Shown: positions 34,784-44,487, counted from the stretch's first letter. The stretch: DNA of 64,000 bases from an uncultured Acidobacteriota bacterium (GCA_963832145.1 CAWHTA010000002.1:675224-739223), one strand, 5' to 3'. The notes: generated from the sequence alone by a model not told the origin. A program made the numbers and translations.

Positions 34784-36739
34784 ATGGAAGCGCTGGCGAA
34801 AAACGTGACGATTCGGCTGCCGAACGGGGCCTCCCTCGAGGTCCCGTCGGGGACGTCCGTCCGCGAAGTCGCGGAGCGGATCGGCCCGCGGCTGGCCAAA
34901 GACGCCGTCGCCGGAAAAGTCGACGGCCGCATCGTGGACCTCGTCACGAGGCTCGAGTCGGACGGATCGATCGAGATCCTCACCTGGAAGTCGCCCGACG
35001 TCGTTCCGATCTACCGTCACTCGACGGCGCACCTGACGGCTCAGGCGGTCAAGCGGCTGTTCCCCGAAGTGCAGATCGGGATCGGCCCGCCGATCGAGAA
35101 CGGCTACTACTACGACTTCCTCCCGGCGCGGCCCTTCACCCCCGACGACCTCGAGAAGATCGAAGCGGAGATGCGCCGGATCATCGCGGAGGACCTTCCC
35201 ATCGAGCGCAGCGAGATGCCGGTCGACGAGGCCATCGCGATCTTCGAGGGCCAGAACGACCCCCTGAAAGTCCAGATCGCGCGCGAGCTCCCGGAGGGAG
35301 AGCGGGTCTCCTGCTACCGGCAGGGCGAGTTCATCGACCTCTGCCGCGGCCCGCACGTCGCCTCGACGGGCCGCCTCGGCGTTTTCAAGCTCACGCACTC
35401 GGCCGGCGCCTACTGGAAGGGGGACGAGAAGAACCCGATGCTCCAGCGCATCTACGGGGCCTCGTTCCTCACCCAGAAGGAGCTCGACGCCTACCTTCAG
35501 AGGCTCGAGGACGCGAAGGCGCGCGACCACAGGAAGCTCGGGCGCGAGCTCGAACTCGTCACCTTTCACCAGCTGGCGCCCGCGTCGCCTTTCTTCCTGC
35601 CGAAGGGCGCGGCCCTCTACAACGGGCTGCTCGCCTACCTTCGTGCGGAGTACGCGCGCCGCGGATACGACGAGGTCGTCACCCCGCAGATCTTCGACGC
35701 GGACCTGTTCCGCATTTCGGGGCACTACGACAACTACCGCGAGAACATGTACTTCACGGAGATCGACGAGAGGGAGTTCGGCGTCAAGCCCATGAACTGC
35801 CCGGGACACCACCTCCTCTTCAAGGAGAGTCACTGGTCGTACCGCGACCTGCCGGTCCGCTTCGCGGACTTCGGCCGGCTCCACCGCTACGAGCGCTCGG
35901 GAGTGACGGCGGGTCTGACGCGCGTCCGGACGTTCTCGCAGGACGACGGGCACATCTACGTTGCGGCCGACCAGGTGGAGTCGGAGATCCTCGCGTTCGT
36001 CCAGTTCCTCGACTCGGTCTACTCGACCTTCGGGTTCGACGACGTGGAAATCTCGGTCGGCCTCCGGCCGCCGAGCCGGATGGGATCGGACGAAAACTGG
36101 GACCGCTCGGAGCAGGCCCTCGAGTCCGCGCTGAAGGCGATCGGCCGGCCCTACGAGCTCACGCCGGGCGACGGGAACTTCTACGGCCCGAAGATCGACT
36201 TCCGCGTGAAGGACGCGATCGGCCGGCCATGGCAGCTCGGCACGATGCAGTACGACTCGGCGCAGCCCGAGAGCTTCGACCTGACTTACATCGGCGAGGA
36301 CGGCAAGGCCCACCGGCCCGTCGTGCTCCACCGCGCGATCCTGGGATCGGTCGAGCGGTTTCTCGGGATCCTGATCGAGCACACCGCCGGCAACTTCCCG
36401 TTCTGGCTCGCTCCCGTGCAGGCCGTCGTGCTCCCCGTGTCCGATCGTTTCGCCGACGCCGCCCGCGCGACCGAGCGCCAGCTGGCGGCCGCCGGGCTGC
36501 GCGTCGAGATCGACGAGCGGAACGAGAAGCTCGGCGCGCGGATCCGCAAGGCGGAGCTCGCCAAGGTCCCGGCGATGCTCGTCGTCGGTGAGAAGGAAGC
36601 CTCGTCCGGCGCCGTCTCGGTCCGGCTGCGGCACGGCGGTGACGCCGGAACCATGAGTGTGGAAGAGTTTCTCAGCATTGCTCGGCGCGCGATCGATGCA
36701 AGGAGCGGTGAGCTCACGACGGAGGTGAAAGATCGATAA
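34784..36739 (+). CDS. thrS: threonine--tRNA ligase
   Basis: I chose the start MEALAKNVTIRLPNG (ATG 34784, with GGGAG 4 nt upstream) over the track GTG at 34730. TGS domain, 'HRAILGSVERF', anticodon-binding C-terminus. Confidence 0.95.
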   Translation: MEALAKNVTIRLPNGASLEVPSGTSVREVAERIGPRLAKDAVAGKVDGRIVDLVTRLESDGSIEILTWKSPDVVPIYRHSTAHLTAQAVKRLFPEVQIGIGPPIENGYYYDFLPARPFTPDDLEKIEAEMRRIIAEDLPIERSEMPVDEAIAIFEGQNDPLKVQIARELPEGERVSCYRQGEFIDLCRGPHVASTGRLGVFKLTHSAGAYWKGDEKNPMLQRIYGASFLTQKELDAYLQRLEDAKARDHRKLGRELELVTFHQLAPASPFFLPKGAALYNGLLAYLRAEYARRGYDEVVTPQIFDADLFRISGHYDNYRENMYFTEIDEREFGVKPMNCPGHHLLFKESHWSYRDLPVRFADFGRLHRYERSGVTAGLTRVRTFSQDDGHIYVAADQVESEILAFVQFLDSVYSTFGFDDVEISVGLRPPSRMGSDENWDRSEQALESALKAIGRPYELTPGDGNFYGPKIDFRVKDAIGRPWQLGTMQYDSAQPESFDLTYIGEDGKAHRPVVLHRAILGSVERFLGILIEHTAGNFPFWLAPVQAVVLPVSDRFADAARATERQLAAAGLRVEIDERNEKLGARIRKAELAKVPAMLVVGEKEASSGAVSVRLRHGGDAGTMSVEEFLSIARRAIDARSGELTTEVKDR

Positions 36740-37268
36740 GAAATCGATTCGAATCAACGACCAGATCCGGTGGAAGGAAGTCCGTCTCATCGGAGAAGAC
36801 GGGGAGCCGCTCGGCGTGGTTGCGATGGCCGACGCTCTCCAGAAGGCGCGGGAGGCCAGTCTCGATCTCGTGGAGATCGCGCCGACCGCGAACCCTCCCG
36901 TCTGCCGGATCATGAACTTCGGAAAGTTCATCTACCAGCAGAAGAAGAAACAGCAGGACTCGAAGAAGAAACAGAAGACGACACAGGTAAAAGAAGTGAA
37001 ATTCCGACCGAACATCGACGACCACGACTACGACTTCAAGATCAAGAACATCCTGAAGTTCCTCGCGCACGGCGACAAGGTCAAGGCGACCGTTCAGTTC
37101 CGGGGCCGCGAGATGGCCCGGCGCGAGAACGGCCAGAAAGTCCTCGACCGCCTTCTCGTGGACCTCACGGGAAAGGCCGTCGCGGAGTCGCGCTCCGAGA
37201 TGCTCGGCAACCGTCTCTACCAGATTCTCGCGCCCGTGAAGGTGCACGAGAAGGCCGCAAAGGCTTAG
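36732..37268 (+). CDS. infC: translation initiation factor IF-3, probable non-AUG (ATC) start
   Basis: The track starts at GTG 36816, but the conserved N-domain IDKKSIRINDQIRWKEVRLIGEDGEPLGVV is encoded in frame upstream, back to the stop at 36726. GGAGGTGA lies at 36721-36728, 6 nt before ATC 36732. ATT 36747 is an alternative start. Confidence 0.75.
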   Translation: MDKKSIRINDQIRWKEVRLIGEDGEPLGVVAMADALQKAREASLDLVEIAPTANPPVCRIMNFGKFIYQQKKKQQDSKKKQKTTQVKEVKFRPNIDDHDYDFKIKNILKFLAHGDKVKATVQFRGREMARRENGQKVLDRLLVDLTGKAVAESRSEMLGNRLYQILAPVKVHEKAAKA

Positions 37269-37286
37269 CTCCCGAACGGAGTCACC

Positions 37287-37484
37287 ATGCCGAAGATCAA
37301 AACGCACCGCGGCGCCGCGAAACGCTTCCGGAAGACCGCGACCGGAAAGTTCAAACGCGCCAAGGCCAACAAGAGCCACATCCTGACCAAGAAGGCGCCG
37401 GGCCGGAAGCGCGGTCTCGCTCAGTCGACGACCGTTTCCAAATCGGACCACAAGCGCGTCAAGGAAATGCTGCCATACGCGTAA
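37287..37484 (+). CDS. rpmI: 50S ribosomal protein L35
   Basis: 65 aa. '[36 protein letters not shown]'. Confidence 0.95.
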   Translation: MPKIKTHRGAAKRFRKTATGKFKRAKANKSHILTKKAPGRKRGLAQSTTVSKSDHKRVKEMLPYA

Positions 37485-37496
37485 GACCGTCCCTTT

Positions 37497-37571
37497 CTGT
37501 CATCCCGAGCGCGGAGACGGGATCTCGACGTTGATTGAGATTCCTCGGCCCGTCGGGCCTCGGAATGACAG
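37497..37571. repeat. repeat family A, full nested-palindrome copy
   Basis: Outer arms ctgtcatcccgag / ctcggaatgacag. Inner palindromes gggatctc...gagattcc and ggccc-gtc-gggcc. It sits between rpmI and rplT. Confidence 0.85.
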
Positions 37572-37592
37572 GAGAAGGGCAGGAGGATTCAG

Positions 37593-37955
37593 ATGCCTCG
37601 CGTCAAGAGAGGACCGAAGAGAAAGAACCGCCGGGCGAAAACGCTCGCGCTGGCCAAGGGCTACTACGGCACGAAATCGAAGTCGTACCGGATGGCGAAG
37701 CTCCAGGTCGAGAAGTCGCTCCTGTATGCCTACCGCGACCGGAAGGCGCGGAAGCGTGACTTCCGTGGCCTCTGGATCGTCCGGATCAACGCGGCGGCGC
37801 GGGAGAACGAGATCTCGTACAGCCGGCTGATGGACGGGTTGAAGAAGGCAGGGAACGATATCAACCGCAAGATGCTCGCCGATCTGGCGGTGACCGATCC
37901 GACGGCGTTCCGTCATCTCGTCGGGGTGGCGAAGCAGGCGCTCGGCGGCGCGTGA
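37593..37955 (+). CDS. rplT: 50S ribosomal protein L20
   Basis: 120 aa. AGGAGG lies upstream. '[26 protein letters not shown]'. Confidence 0.95.
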   Translation: MPRVKRGPKRKNRRAKTLALAKGYYGTKSKSYRMAKLQVEKSLLYAYRDRKARKRDFRGLWIVRINAAARENEISYSRLMDGLKKAGNDINRKMLADLAVTDPTAFRHLVGVAKQALGGA

Positions 37956-39028
37956 CCGCGGAGCCCGGTCCCGGCCCCGCCGACCACACAATCTCGAAGC
38001 TGGTCGCCGACTTCCATGAGGAGACGGCCGGCGGAGTCTCCTCGCGCTCGGAGTTCGAAGCGCTGAAGGGGCGCTATCTCGGGCGGGAGAAGGGTCTCGT
38101 CCCGGCGCTGTTCGCGCGGATGCGCGAGATTCCCGCGGCGGACCGCGCCTCGTACGGCGCTCGTGCGAACGCCGCCAAGCGGGAGATCGAAGAGGCCGTC
38201 GCGCGCCTGGGCGACCTCCTCGCGCGCGGCGAAGCGGAGAAGAGCGAAAGGGCCGCCGCTGTCGACGTGACCCTGCCGGGGCGCCGTGTGCGCGCCGGTT
38301 CTCTCCACCCGGTCACGATCGTTCGGCGGAGGGTGGAGGAAATCTTCCTCCGGATGGGTTACTCGATCGCCGACGGGCCCGAGATCGAAAACGACGCCCA
38401 CAATTTCGAGGCGCTCAACTTCCCGCCGGAGCACCCCGCGCGGGACGCGCAGGACACTCTCTTCCTCGACCGCAAGGCGCCGTCGCCCCTACTTCTGCGC
38501 ACCCACACGTCGCCCGTCCAGATCCGGGAGATGAAGAAACGCGGGGCTCCGATCAAGATCATCTCGCCCGGCCGCGTGTACCGAAACGAATCGGTGGATG
38601 CCACCCACCAACCCGTCTTTCACCAGGTCGAAGCGCTCGTCGTCGACCGGGGGATCTCGATGGCGGACCTGAAGGGGACCGTCGAGGCCTTTTTCGAGGC
38701 GCTCTTCGGACCGGGGACCCGCTCCCGGATCATCCCCACGTTCTTCCCGTTCGTCGAACCGGGCGCCGACGTGCACGTGAGCTGCATTTTCTGCAAGGGC
38801 GCTGGCTGCCGCACGTGCAAGGGCTCGGGATGGGTCGAGCTCGCCGGGGCCGGCGAAGTCCATCCGCGCGTCCTCGAAGCCTGCGGGATCGACCCCGAAG
38901 AGTTCAGCGGATTCGCGTTCGGACTGGGGCTCGATCGCGTCGCGATGATGCTCTACGAGTTTCCGGACCTCCGCCTGCTCTTCGACGGGGAGGAGAGGTT
39001 CCTCTCCCAGTTCGCGCCGCTCTCATGA
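37952..39028 (+). CDS. pheS: phenylalanine--tRNA ligase alpha subunit
   Basis: 358 aa. GTG start overlaps the rplT stop. '[11 protein letters not shown]', '[10 protein letters not shown]', '[10 protein letters not shown]'. Confidence 0.95.
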   Translation: MTAEPGPGPADHTISKLVADFHEETAGGVSSRSEFEALKGRYLGREKGLVPALFARMREIPAADRASYGARANAAKREIEEAVARLGDLLARGEAEKSERAAAVDVTLPGRRVRAGSLHPVTIVRRRVEEIFLRMGYSIADGPEIENDAHNFEALNFPPEHPARDAQDTLFLDRKAPSPLLLRTHTSPVQIREMKKRGAPIKIISPGRVYRNESVDATHQPVFHQVEALVVDRGISMADLKGTVEAFFEALFGPGTRSRIIPTFFPFVEPGADVHVSCIFCKGAGCRTCKGSGWVELAGAGEVHPRVLEACGIDPEEFSGFAFGLGLDRVAMMLYEFPDLRLLFDGEERFLSQFAPLS

Positions 39029-41131
39029 AGTTCGCGCTCGAGTGGATCGGAGACCGCGTCGCGATCGCGGACGCCGGCGGGACGAACGGGGTTCGGAAGC
39101 TGCTCGACAGCGCGGGACTGCCGGTCGAGTCCGCGGAGGGCGAGGGCGAAAGCGTCGTTCTCGACGTCGAGATCACCCCGAACCGTCCGGACGCGATGAG
39201 CCATCGGGGTCTCGCGCGCGAGCTCGCCGCCATGGCGGGGATCCCCTTCCGCGATACGGGCGCCGGGCCGGAGCTTTCGGCGAGCGGTCCTCCGGTCGAA
39301 GAGCTGGCGTCCGTCGAGATCGCGGTCCCGCGGCTCTGCCGGCGGTTCGGCGCGCGCGTCGTTCGCGGGATCGCGAACTGCGCCCTCTTCCCCGAACGTG
39401 CGCGCCCGCCTCGCCGCGATCGGAGCGAAGTCGATCGACGCGGCGGTGGACGCGACGAACTACGGGCTCTGGGACCTCGGCCAGCCCCTTCACGCGTTCG
39501 ACCTCGACAAGCTGGCGGGCGGACGCATCGTCGTCCGCAAGGCGAAGCGGGGAGAGAAGCTCGTCACGCTCGACGGAGTGGAGCGCGCGCTCGAGCCGTC
39601 CGACATCGTCGTCGCCGACGGGCAGCGCGCGATTTCCCTTGCCGGGATCATGGGGGGTCTCGATACCGCGGTGACGCCGGCGACGAAGAACGTCCTCCTC
39701 GAAGCGGCGTGGTGGGACCCCGTCGCGGTCCGCCGGACGTCGCGCCGCCTCGGAATGCATACGGACGCGTCGCACCGGTTCGAGCGCGGCGCCGACCCGG
39801 AGATGATCCCCGCGGCGCTCGACCTCGCCGCGCGGCTCCTGCTCGAAGCGGCCGGCGGCACTCTCGCCCCCGGACTCATCGACGCCCGCGGCTCGGCGTT
39901 GCCCCGGCGGAAGGTCGTCCTGCGGCTCGACCGGCTGCGAATGCTCGCGGGCGATCCCCGTCTCGACCTCGACTTCGCGGCGGAGGCGCTCGCCCGGCTT
40001 GGGTTCTCGATCGCGAAGAGAAGCGCCCGCCGCCTGACGGCCGAGGTGCCGTCGTACCGCCCGGACGTCTCGATCGAAGAGGACCTCGTCGAGGAAGTGC
40101 TGCGGGTGTGGGGTTACGACCGACTCCCGTCGCGGCTTCCCGCCACCGCGGGGGCGGGCGGGCATCTCGAGCCGCGCCGGATCATCGAAGACGCGCTGAG
40201 TGACCGCGCGGTGTCGGCGGGCCTCCACGAGACGTACTCCTATCCATTCGCTGATCGGGAAAGCGACGAGTCCGCGTTCGCCCCCTGGCTCGAGGCGACC
40301 GGGATCGCCCGCGAACCGCTCACGCTCGCCAATCCGGTGGACGCTTCCAGGAGCCACCTGCGGGCGACGCTGCTCCCGGCGATCCTGGACGCGTCTTCGC
40401 GCAATTTCCGGCACGGCGCCCGCGAGGTGGCGCTCTTTGAGGTTGGACGCGCGTTCGGCCGGGACGGAGATCCCTCGCAGCCCGAGACCTTCGAGTCGCG
40501 GCGCTTCGCCTTCGCGCTCGGGGGCGAGGCCCGGCCGCACTGGAGCGCGCCGGCGGATTCGCGCGCCACGGATTTCCATGACGCGAAAGGCCTGTTCGAG
40601 CGCCTCCTCGAGCGGTGGGTGCCGGCCGAGGATCTCGCCTGGAAGGTCTTCGCTGCGCCGGCGTTCGTCGCGGGCGCGGCGGCGCGGTGCGAAACCAAAG
40701 AGGGCGTTCTCCTCGGGGTCATCGGGGTCGTCGGGAGGACGGAGCGCGAGAAGCGCCGGCTCCCGGATGGCGTCTCGGCGGGGGAAATCCTCGTCGACGC
40801 GATTCCCCGCGAGACGAGGGCTGTGCGCTTCCGGCCTTTCTCGCTCTTTCCGCCTGTCGTTGCCGACCTCTCGATCTCGCTGCCGGCCGCGATCGCGTGG
40901 GAGAGCGTGGATCAGTTCGCTCGCGGACTCGGGCTCGCGAACCTCGAGTCGTTGCGGCTCTTCGACCGCTACACGGGACCTGGCGTTTCCCAGGGACGAG
41001 TGAAGACGACCGTTCGCCTCACGTTCCGTTCCGCGGAGCGCACGCTCGAGCAGGAAGAGGTCAACTCGGAACGGGACCGGCTCGCCTCCGCACTCCGAAC
41101 GCAGTTCGGGGCGGAGAGTGACGGCGGATAG
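39025..41131 (+). CDS. pheT: phenylalanine--tRNA ligase beta subunit, reading frame broken near 39382 (apparent frameshift, probably assembly error)
   Basis: ATG 39025 gives [12 protein letters not shown]...VEITPNRPDAMSHRGLARE...RFGARVVRGIANC, after which the frame degenerates to Arg-rich nonsense. The +1 frame (track ORF 39398..41131) continues PSSPNVRARLAAIGAKSIDAAVDATNYGLWDLGQPLHAFD... to the B5, B3/4 and FDX-ACB-like C-terminus. The N-terminal OB (tRNA-binding) domain seen in E. coli PheT appears to be absent. Confidence 0.9.
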
Positions 41132-41140
41132 CTGATAGCT
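41131..41140. repeat. remnant (1.5 heptads) of the CTGA-heptad element (copy f)
   Basis: gctgatagct is followed by ttccctc and then ATG 41148. The junction matches copies c and e. It starts at the last base of the pheT stop (TAG 41129-41131). Confidence 0.5.
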
Positions 41141-41147
41141 TTCCCTC

Positions 41148-41465
41148 ATGGACACGACGAAAGTTTTCGACGCGCTCGACCGCAAGATCGAGAAGCTGCT
41201 CGAGCGTCTCGGCACGCTCGATCGCGAGAACGACAAGCTGAAGGCGGACCTCGCCAGCGCGCGCCGGGCGGAAAAGGAAGCGGCGGATTCTCGCGGGACC
41301 GTCGAAAAGCTGAAGGCCGAACTCGCGAACGCGCGGAGGGCCGAGAAGGACGCCTCGGATTCCCGCGGCGCCGTCGAGAAGCTCGAACGCGAGCAGGAAG
41401 CGGTCCGGGAGCGCCTCGAAAAGCTGATCGCGACCCTGGAGGCCGCGGACGCGAAAAAGGGGTAG
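41148..41465 (+). CDS. coiled-coil protein, ZapB-like
   Basis: 105 aa and all-helical. It contains a 24-aa tandem repeat and sits directly upstream of zapA. The family call rests on context and composition. Confidence 0.6.
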   Translation: MDTTKVFDALDRKIEKLLERLGTLDRENDKLKADLASARRAEKEAADSRGTVEKLKAELANARRAEKDASDSRGAVEKLEREQEAVRERLEKLIATLEAADAKKG

Positions 41466-41492
41466 GCGACCCCTCGGTCGGCTCCTAAATCA

Positions 41493-41522
41493 TTGACTCC
41501 GCTGGGGGCTAGAAACTACACT
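41493..41522 (+). promoter_or_regulatory. candidate sigma-70-type promoter for zapA
   Basis: TTGACT (41493-41498), 18 nt, TACACT (41517-41522). Motif match only. Confidence 0.25.
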
Positions 41523-41555
41523 CAGCCCGTTTGAAAGGAGCCACGAGGCCATCGC

Positions 41556-41849
41556 GTGGAGAAGCGGGGTAGCGTGACACAGGTCGAGATTTTCGGTCAG
41601 ACCTACAACGTCCGGGCCGAAGGCGACAGCACCTACATCCACGACCTCGCGCGTCTCGTGGACTCGCGTATGAAGGAAGTGGCCGAAAGGACAGCCACCG
41701 TCGACACGACCAAAATTGCCATCCTGGCTGCATTGAACATCACGGACGATCTTTATCAGTCGGAGAAACGTCGAAGTGGTGAGCCGACGGACTTTCGGGC
41801 CCGCGCGGAGCGCCTGATTCGAAAACTGGACGACGCCCTGGGCGCCTGA
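41556..41849 (+). CDS. zapA: cell division protein ZapA
   Basis: 97 aa, GTG start. 'VEIFGQTYNVRAEGDSTYIHDLARLVDSRMKEVA...KIAILAALNITDDL'. Confidence 0.85.
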   Translation: MEKRGSVTQVEIFGQTYNVRAEGDSTYIHDLARLVDSRMKEVAERTATVDTTKIAILAALNITDDLYQSEKRRSGEPTDFRARAERLIRKLDDALGA

Positions 41850-41866
41850 AGGCGAGGCGTCGGCAA

Positions 41867-42011
41867 CCCCGAGTCTCTCGGGGAACACGAATGAAATGAG
41901 CGGCCCTGTTGAAGGCTAAAACGGTGTCCCCGGCCCCGAAGCCCCGTCGGAAGAGTCGCTTCCAGCCAGTCGTGTAGCCGCGCCCCGGCTTCGGCCCCCG
42001 AGGTTTTGGGG
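41867..42011 (+). ncRNA. candidate structured RNA, possibly 6S RNA (ssrS-like)
   Basis: 169-nt non-coding gap downstream of zapA. The ends can pair: ccccgagtctctcgggg (41867-41883) with cccccgaggttttgggg (41995-42011), giving about 16 pairs including G-U pairs, one mismatch and one bulge. The interior contains gaaggcuaaaacgg, which resembles E. coli 6S 'gaagccuuaaaacug'. No covariance model was run. Confidence 0.25.
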
Positions 42012-42018
42012 AGCCGAA

Positions 42019-43584
42019 ATGAACACATCAATCGCGATCTCGATCGCTATGGCGATCATGGCGGTCGCGTTCGCTTTGCTCGCGTACTTTCTCCTCCGGA
42101 GTCAGGTCAAACGCGAGCGCGCGGCGATCCGCGAGGACGCCGACCGCGCCCTGGCGGAGGCCACCCGGGCCGGGGAGGCGAGGCTGCGCGAGGCGTCCAT
42201 CGAGGCGAAGGAGAGGGTCCTCGCCGCCCAGGTGGAGTTCGACAAGACCATCCAGGCCCGCCGGCAGGAAGTGGCCGCTCTCGAGAAGCGGGTCACCCAG
42301 AAGGAGGAGAACCTCGATCGCAAGCTCGCCCAGCAGGAGAAGCGGGACGAGGAGTTCGCCCGCAAGGAGCGGGGCCTCGCCGACGCCCAGAAGGGGGTCG
42401 AAAAGGCGCACGCCGACGCGCTCCAGCTGATCGAGGAACAGCAGCGCCGGCTGGAGCAGATCTCGGGACTGACAGCCGCCGACGCCAAGCGCGACCTCAT
42501 CCGATCGATCGAGAACGAGGCGCGGGTCGAGGCCTCGGGTCTCATGCGGCGGATCGAGGAGGAGGCGACGGAGCAGGCGACCCAGAAGGCCCGCCACCAC
42601 ATCGGAATGGCGATCCAGCGGCTCGCTTCCGATACGGTGGTAGAGGCGACGGTCTCGGTCGTCGAGCTTCCCTCGGACGACCTCAAGGGCCGCATCATCG
42701 GGCGTGAGGGCCGCAACATCCGGGCCCTGGAAGCCGCGACGGGAGTCGACCTGATCATCGACGACACCCCCGAAGCGATCGTGATCAGCGCGTTCGAGCC
42801 GATCCGGCGGGAGGTCGCGAGGCTCGCCCTGGAAAAGCTCGTCATCGACGGGCGAATCCACCCCGCGCGGATCGAAGAAGTCGTCGAGAAGGTGCGGTCG
42901 GAGCTCTGGGAGAAGATCCGGCACGAAGGGGAGGCGACCGCGCTCGAGTTCTCGATCCCGGACCTCCATCCCGAGCTCATCAAGCTCCTCGGTCGGCTGA
43001 AGTACCGGACGTCGTACGGCCAGAACGTCCTCCAGCACTCCAAGGAAGTCGCGTGGCTCGCGACGAGCATGGCGGGGGAGCTCGGAGCCCGGACGGAGGT
43101 CGCGAAGCGGGCGGGACTCCTTCACGACATCGGCAAGGCGATCGACCGGGAGATGGAAGGCACCCACCTCGAGCTCGGCCGCGAGGTGTTGAAGAAGTTC
43201 GGCGAGAACGACGACGTCATTCACGCGATGGAGTGCCACCACGGCGACTACGAGCCGCGATCGCTCGAGGCGGTGCTCGTCAACGGCGCCGACGCTCTCT
43301 CTGCGGCGCGCCCCGGCGCGCGGCGCGAGATCCTCGAGACTTACGTCAAGCGCCTCGAGAAGCTCGAGCACATCGCGGACGGGTTCAAGGGAGTCCAGAA
43401 GGCGTTCGCGATCCAGGCGGGAAGGGAGCTGCGCATCATCGTCGAGGCGAACCGCGTCACCGACGACGAGGCCCTCTGGCTGTCACGGGACATCGCCAAG
43501 AAGATCGAGGCGGAGCTCCAGTATCCCGGTCAGATCAAGGTGACGGTCATCCGGGAGACGAGATCCGTCGAGTACGCGCGTTGA
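42019..43584 (+). CDS. rny: ribonuclease Y
   Basis: 521 aa. N-terminal TM, coiled coil, KH '[15 protein letters not shown]', HD 'GLLHDIGKA'. Confidence 0.95.
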   Translation: MNTSIAISIAMAIMAVAFALLAYFLLRSQVKRERAAIREDADRALAEATRAGEARLREASIEAKERVLAAQVEFDKTIQARRQEVAALEKRVTQKEENLDRKLAQQEKRDEEFARKERGLADAQKGVEKAHADALQLIEEQQRRLEQISGLTAADAKRDLIRSIENEARVEASGLMRRIEEEATEQATQKARHHIGMAIQRLASDTVVEATVSVVELPSDDLKGRIIGREGRNIRALEAATGVDLIIDDTPEAIVISAFEPIRREVARLALEKLVIDGRIHPARIEEVVEKVRSELWEKIRHEGEATALEFSIPDLHPELIKLLGRLKYRTSYGQNVLQHSKEVAWLATSMAGELGARTEVAKRAGLLHDIGKAIDREMEGTHLELGREVLKKFGENDDVIHAMECHHGDYEPRSLEAVLVNGADALSAARPGARREILETYVKRLEKLEHIADGFKGVQKAFAIQAGRELRIIVEANRVTDDEALWLSRDIAKKIEAELQYPGQIKVTVIRETRSVEYAR

Positions 43585-43597
43585 CGCGGAACGCGCG

Positions 43598-44380
43598 TTG
43601 AACATCCTCTTCATCGGCGACGTCGTCGGCTCTCCGGGCCGCCGGGCGCTCGAGCGCGGCCTCCTTCCGCTCATCGACAGGCGCAAGGTCGACTTCACGA
43701 TCGTGAACATCGAGAACGCGGCGGGAGGATTCGGGCTCACCGTGGAGCTGTTCGCGGAGCTCTCCAGGCTGCCGATCGACGTCTTCTCTTCGGGAAACCA
43801 CATCTGGGACAAGAGGGAGATCTACGACTCCCTGAATTCGTCGGACCGGCTGCTTCGTCCGGCGAACTACCCGCCCGGAAATCCGGGGCGCGGAGTCACG
43901 GTGCAGCCGACGGCCTCCGGTGTCCCGGTCGGCGTGATGAACCTGCAGGGTCAGGTCTTCATGCCCGCACACGCCGACTCGCCGTTCCGCGTCGCGGACG
44001 ACGAGCTCGCCCGCCTTTCCGAGGTGAAGGTCGTGATCGTCGACTTTCACGCCGAGGCGACGTCGGAAAAGGTGGCGATGGGCTGGTACCTGGACGGCCG
44101 CGTCTCCGCCGTGCTCGGGACCCACACCCACGTCGCCACGGCGGACGAGACCGTGCGGCCGGGAGGGACCGCCTACCAGACGGACGTCGGCATGACCGGA
44201 GCGTACGAGGGCGTGATCGGGTTCGCCCGCGAACGCGTGATCGAGAAGTTCCTCGCCCAGACCCCCAAGTCGTTCGAGACGGCGAAGAAGGACATCCGGT
44301 TGTCCGGCGCGCTCGTCGAGGTCGACGAGGAAACCGGACGCGCCACCGCGATCGAGCGGATCCACGTGAAGGTGGAGTAA
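43598..44380 (+). CDS. TIGR00282 (YmdB-like) metallophosphoesterase
   Basis: 260 aa, TTG start. 'ILFIGDVVGSPGR', 'VNIENAAGGFG', 'DFHAEATSEK', 'GTHTHV'. It follows rny, as in many bacteria. Confidence 0.9.
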   Translation: MNILFIGDVVGSPGRRALERGLLPLIDRRKVDFTIVNIENAAGGFGLTVELFAELSRLPIDVFSSGNHIWDKREIYDSLNSSDRLLRPANYPPGNPGRGVTVQPTASGVPVGVMNLQGQVFMPAHADSPFRVADDELARLSEVKVVIVDFHAEATSEKVAMGWYLDGRVSAVLGTHTHVATADETVRPGGTAYQTDVGMTGAYEGVIGFARERVIEKFLAQTPKSFETAKKDIRLSGALVEVDEETGRATAIERIHVKVE

Positions 44381-44387
44381 AGATGTC

Positions 44388-44453
44388 TTGTCATTCCGAG
44401 GCCGCAGGCCGAGGAATCTGGGCCCAGATCCCTCGCTTCGCTCGGGATGACAG
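44388..44453. repeat. repeat family A, full palindromic copy
   Basis: Arms ttgtcattccgagg / ctcgggatgacag with an inner palindrome ggaatctggg/cccagatcc. The right half is the reverse complement of 13688-13718. Confidence 0.85.
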
Positions 44454-44487
44454 AGCGGGGCAAGAGCCTCGGGTTGAAAATTAGGAA

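Noticed and set aside
34664-36931. 755-aa minus-strand ORF overlapping thrS and tRNA-Val
   Set aside because: It is antisense to thrS and it overlaps a tRNA gene. It has no recognisable domain.
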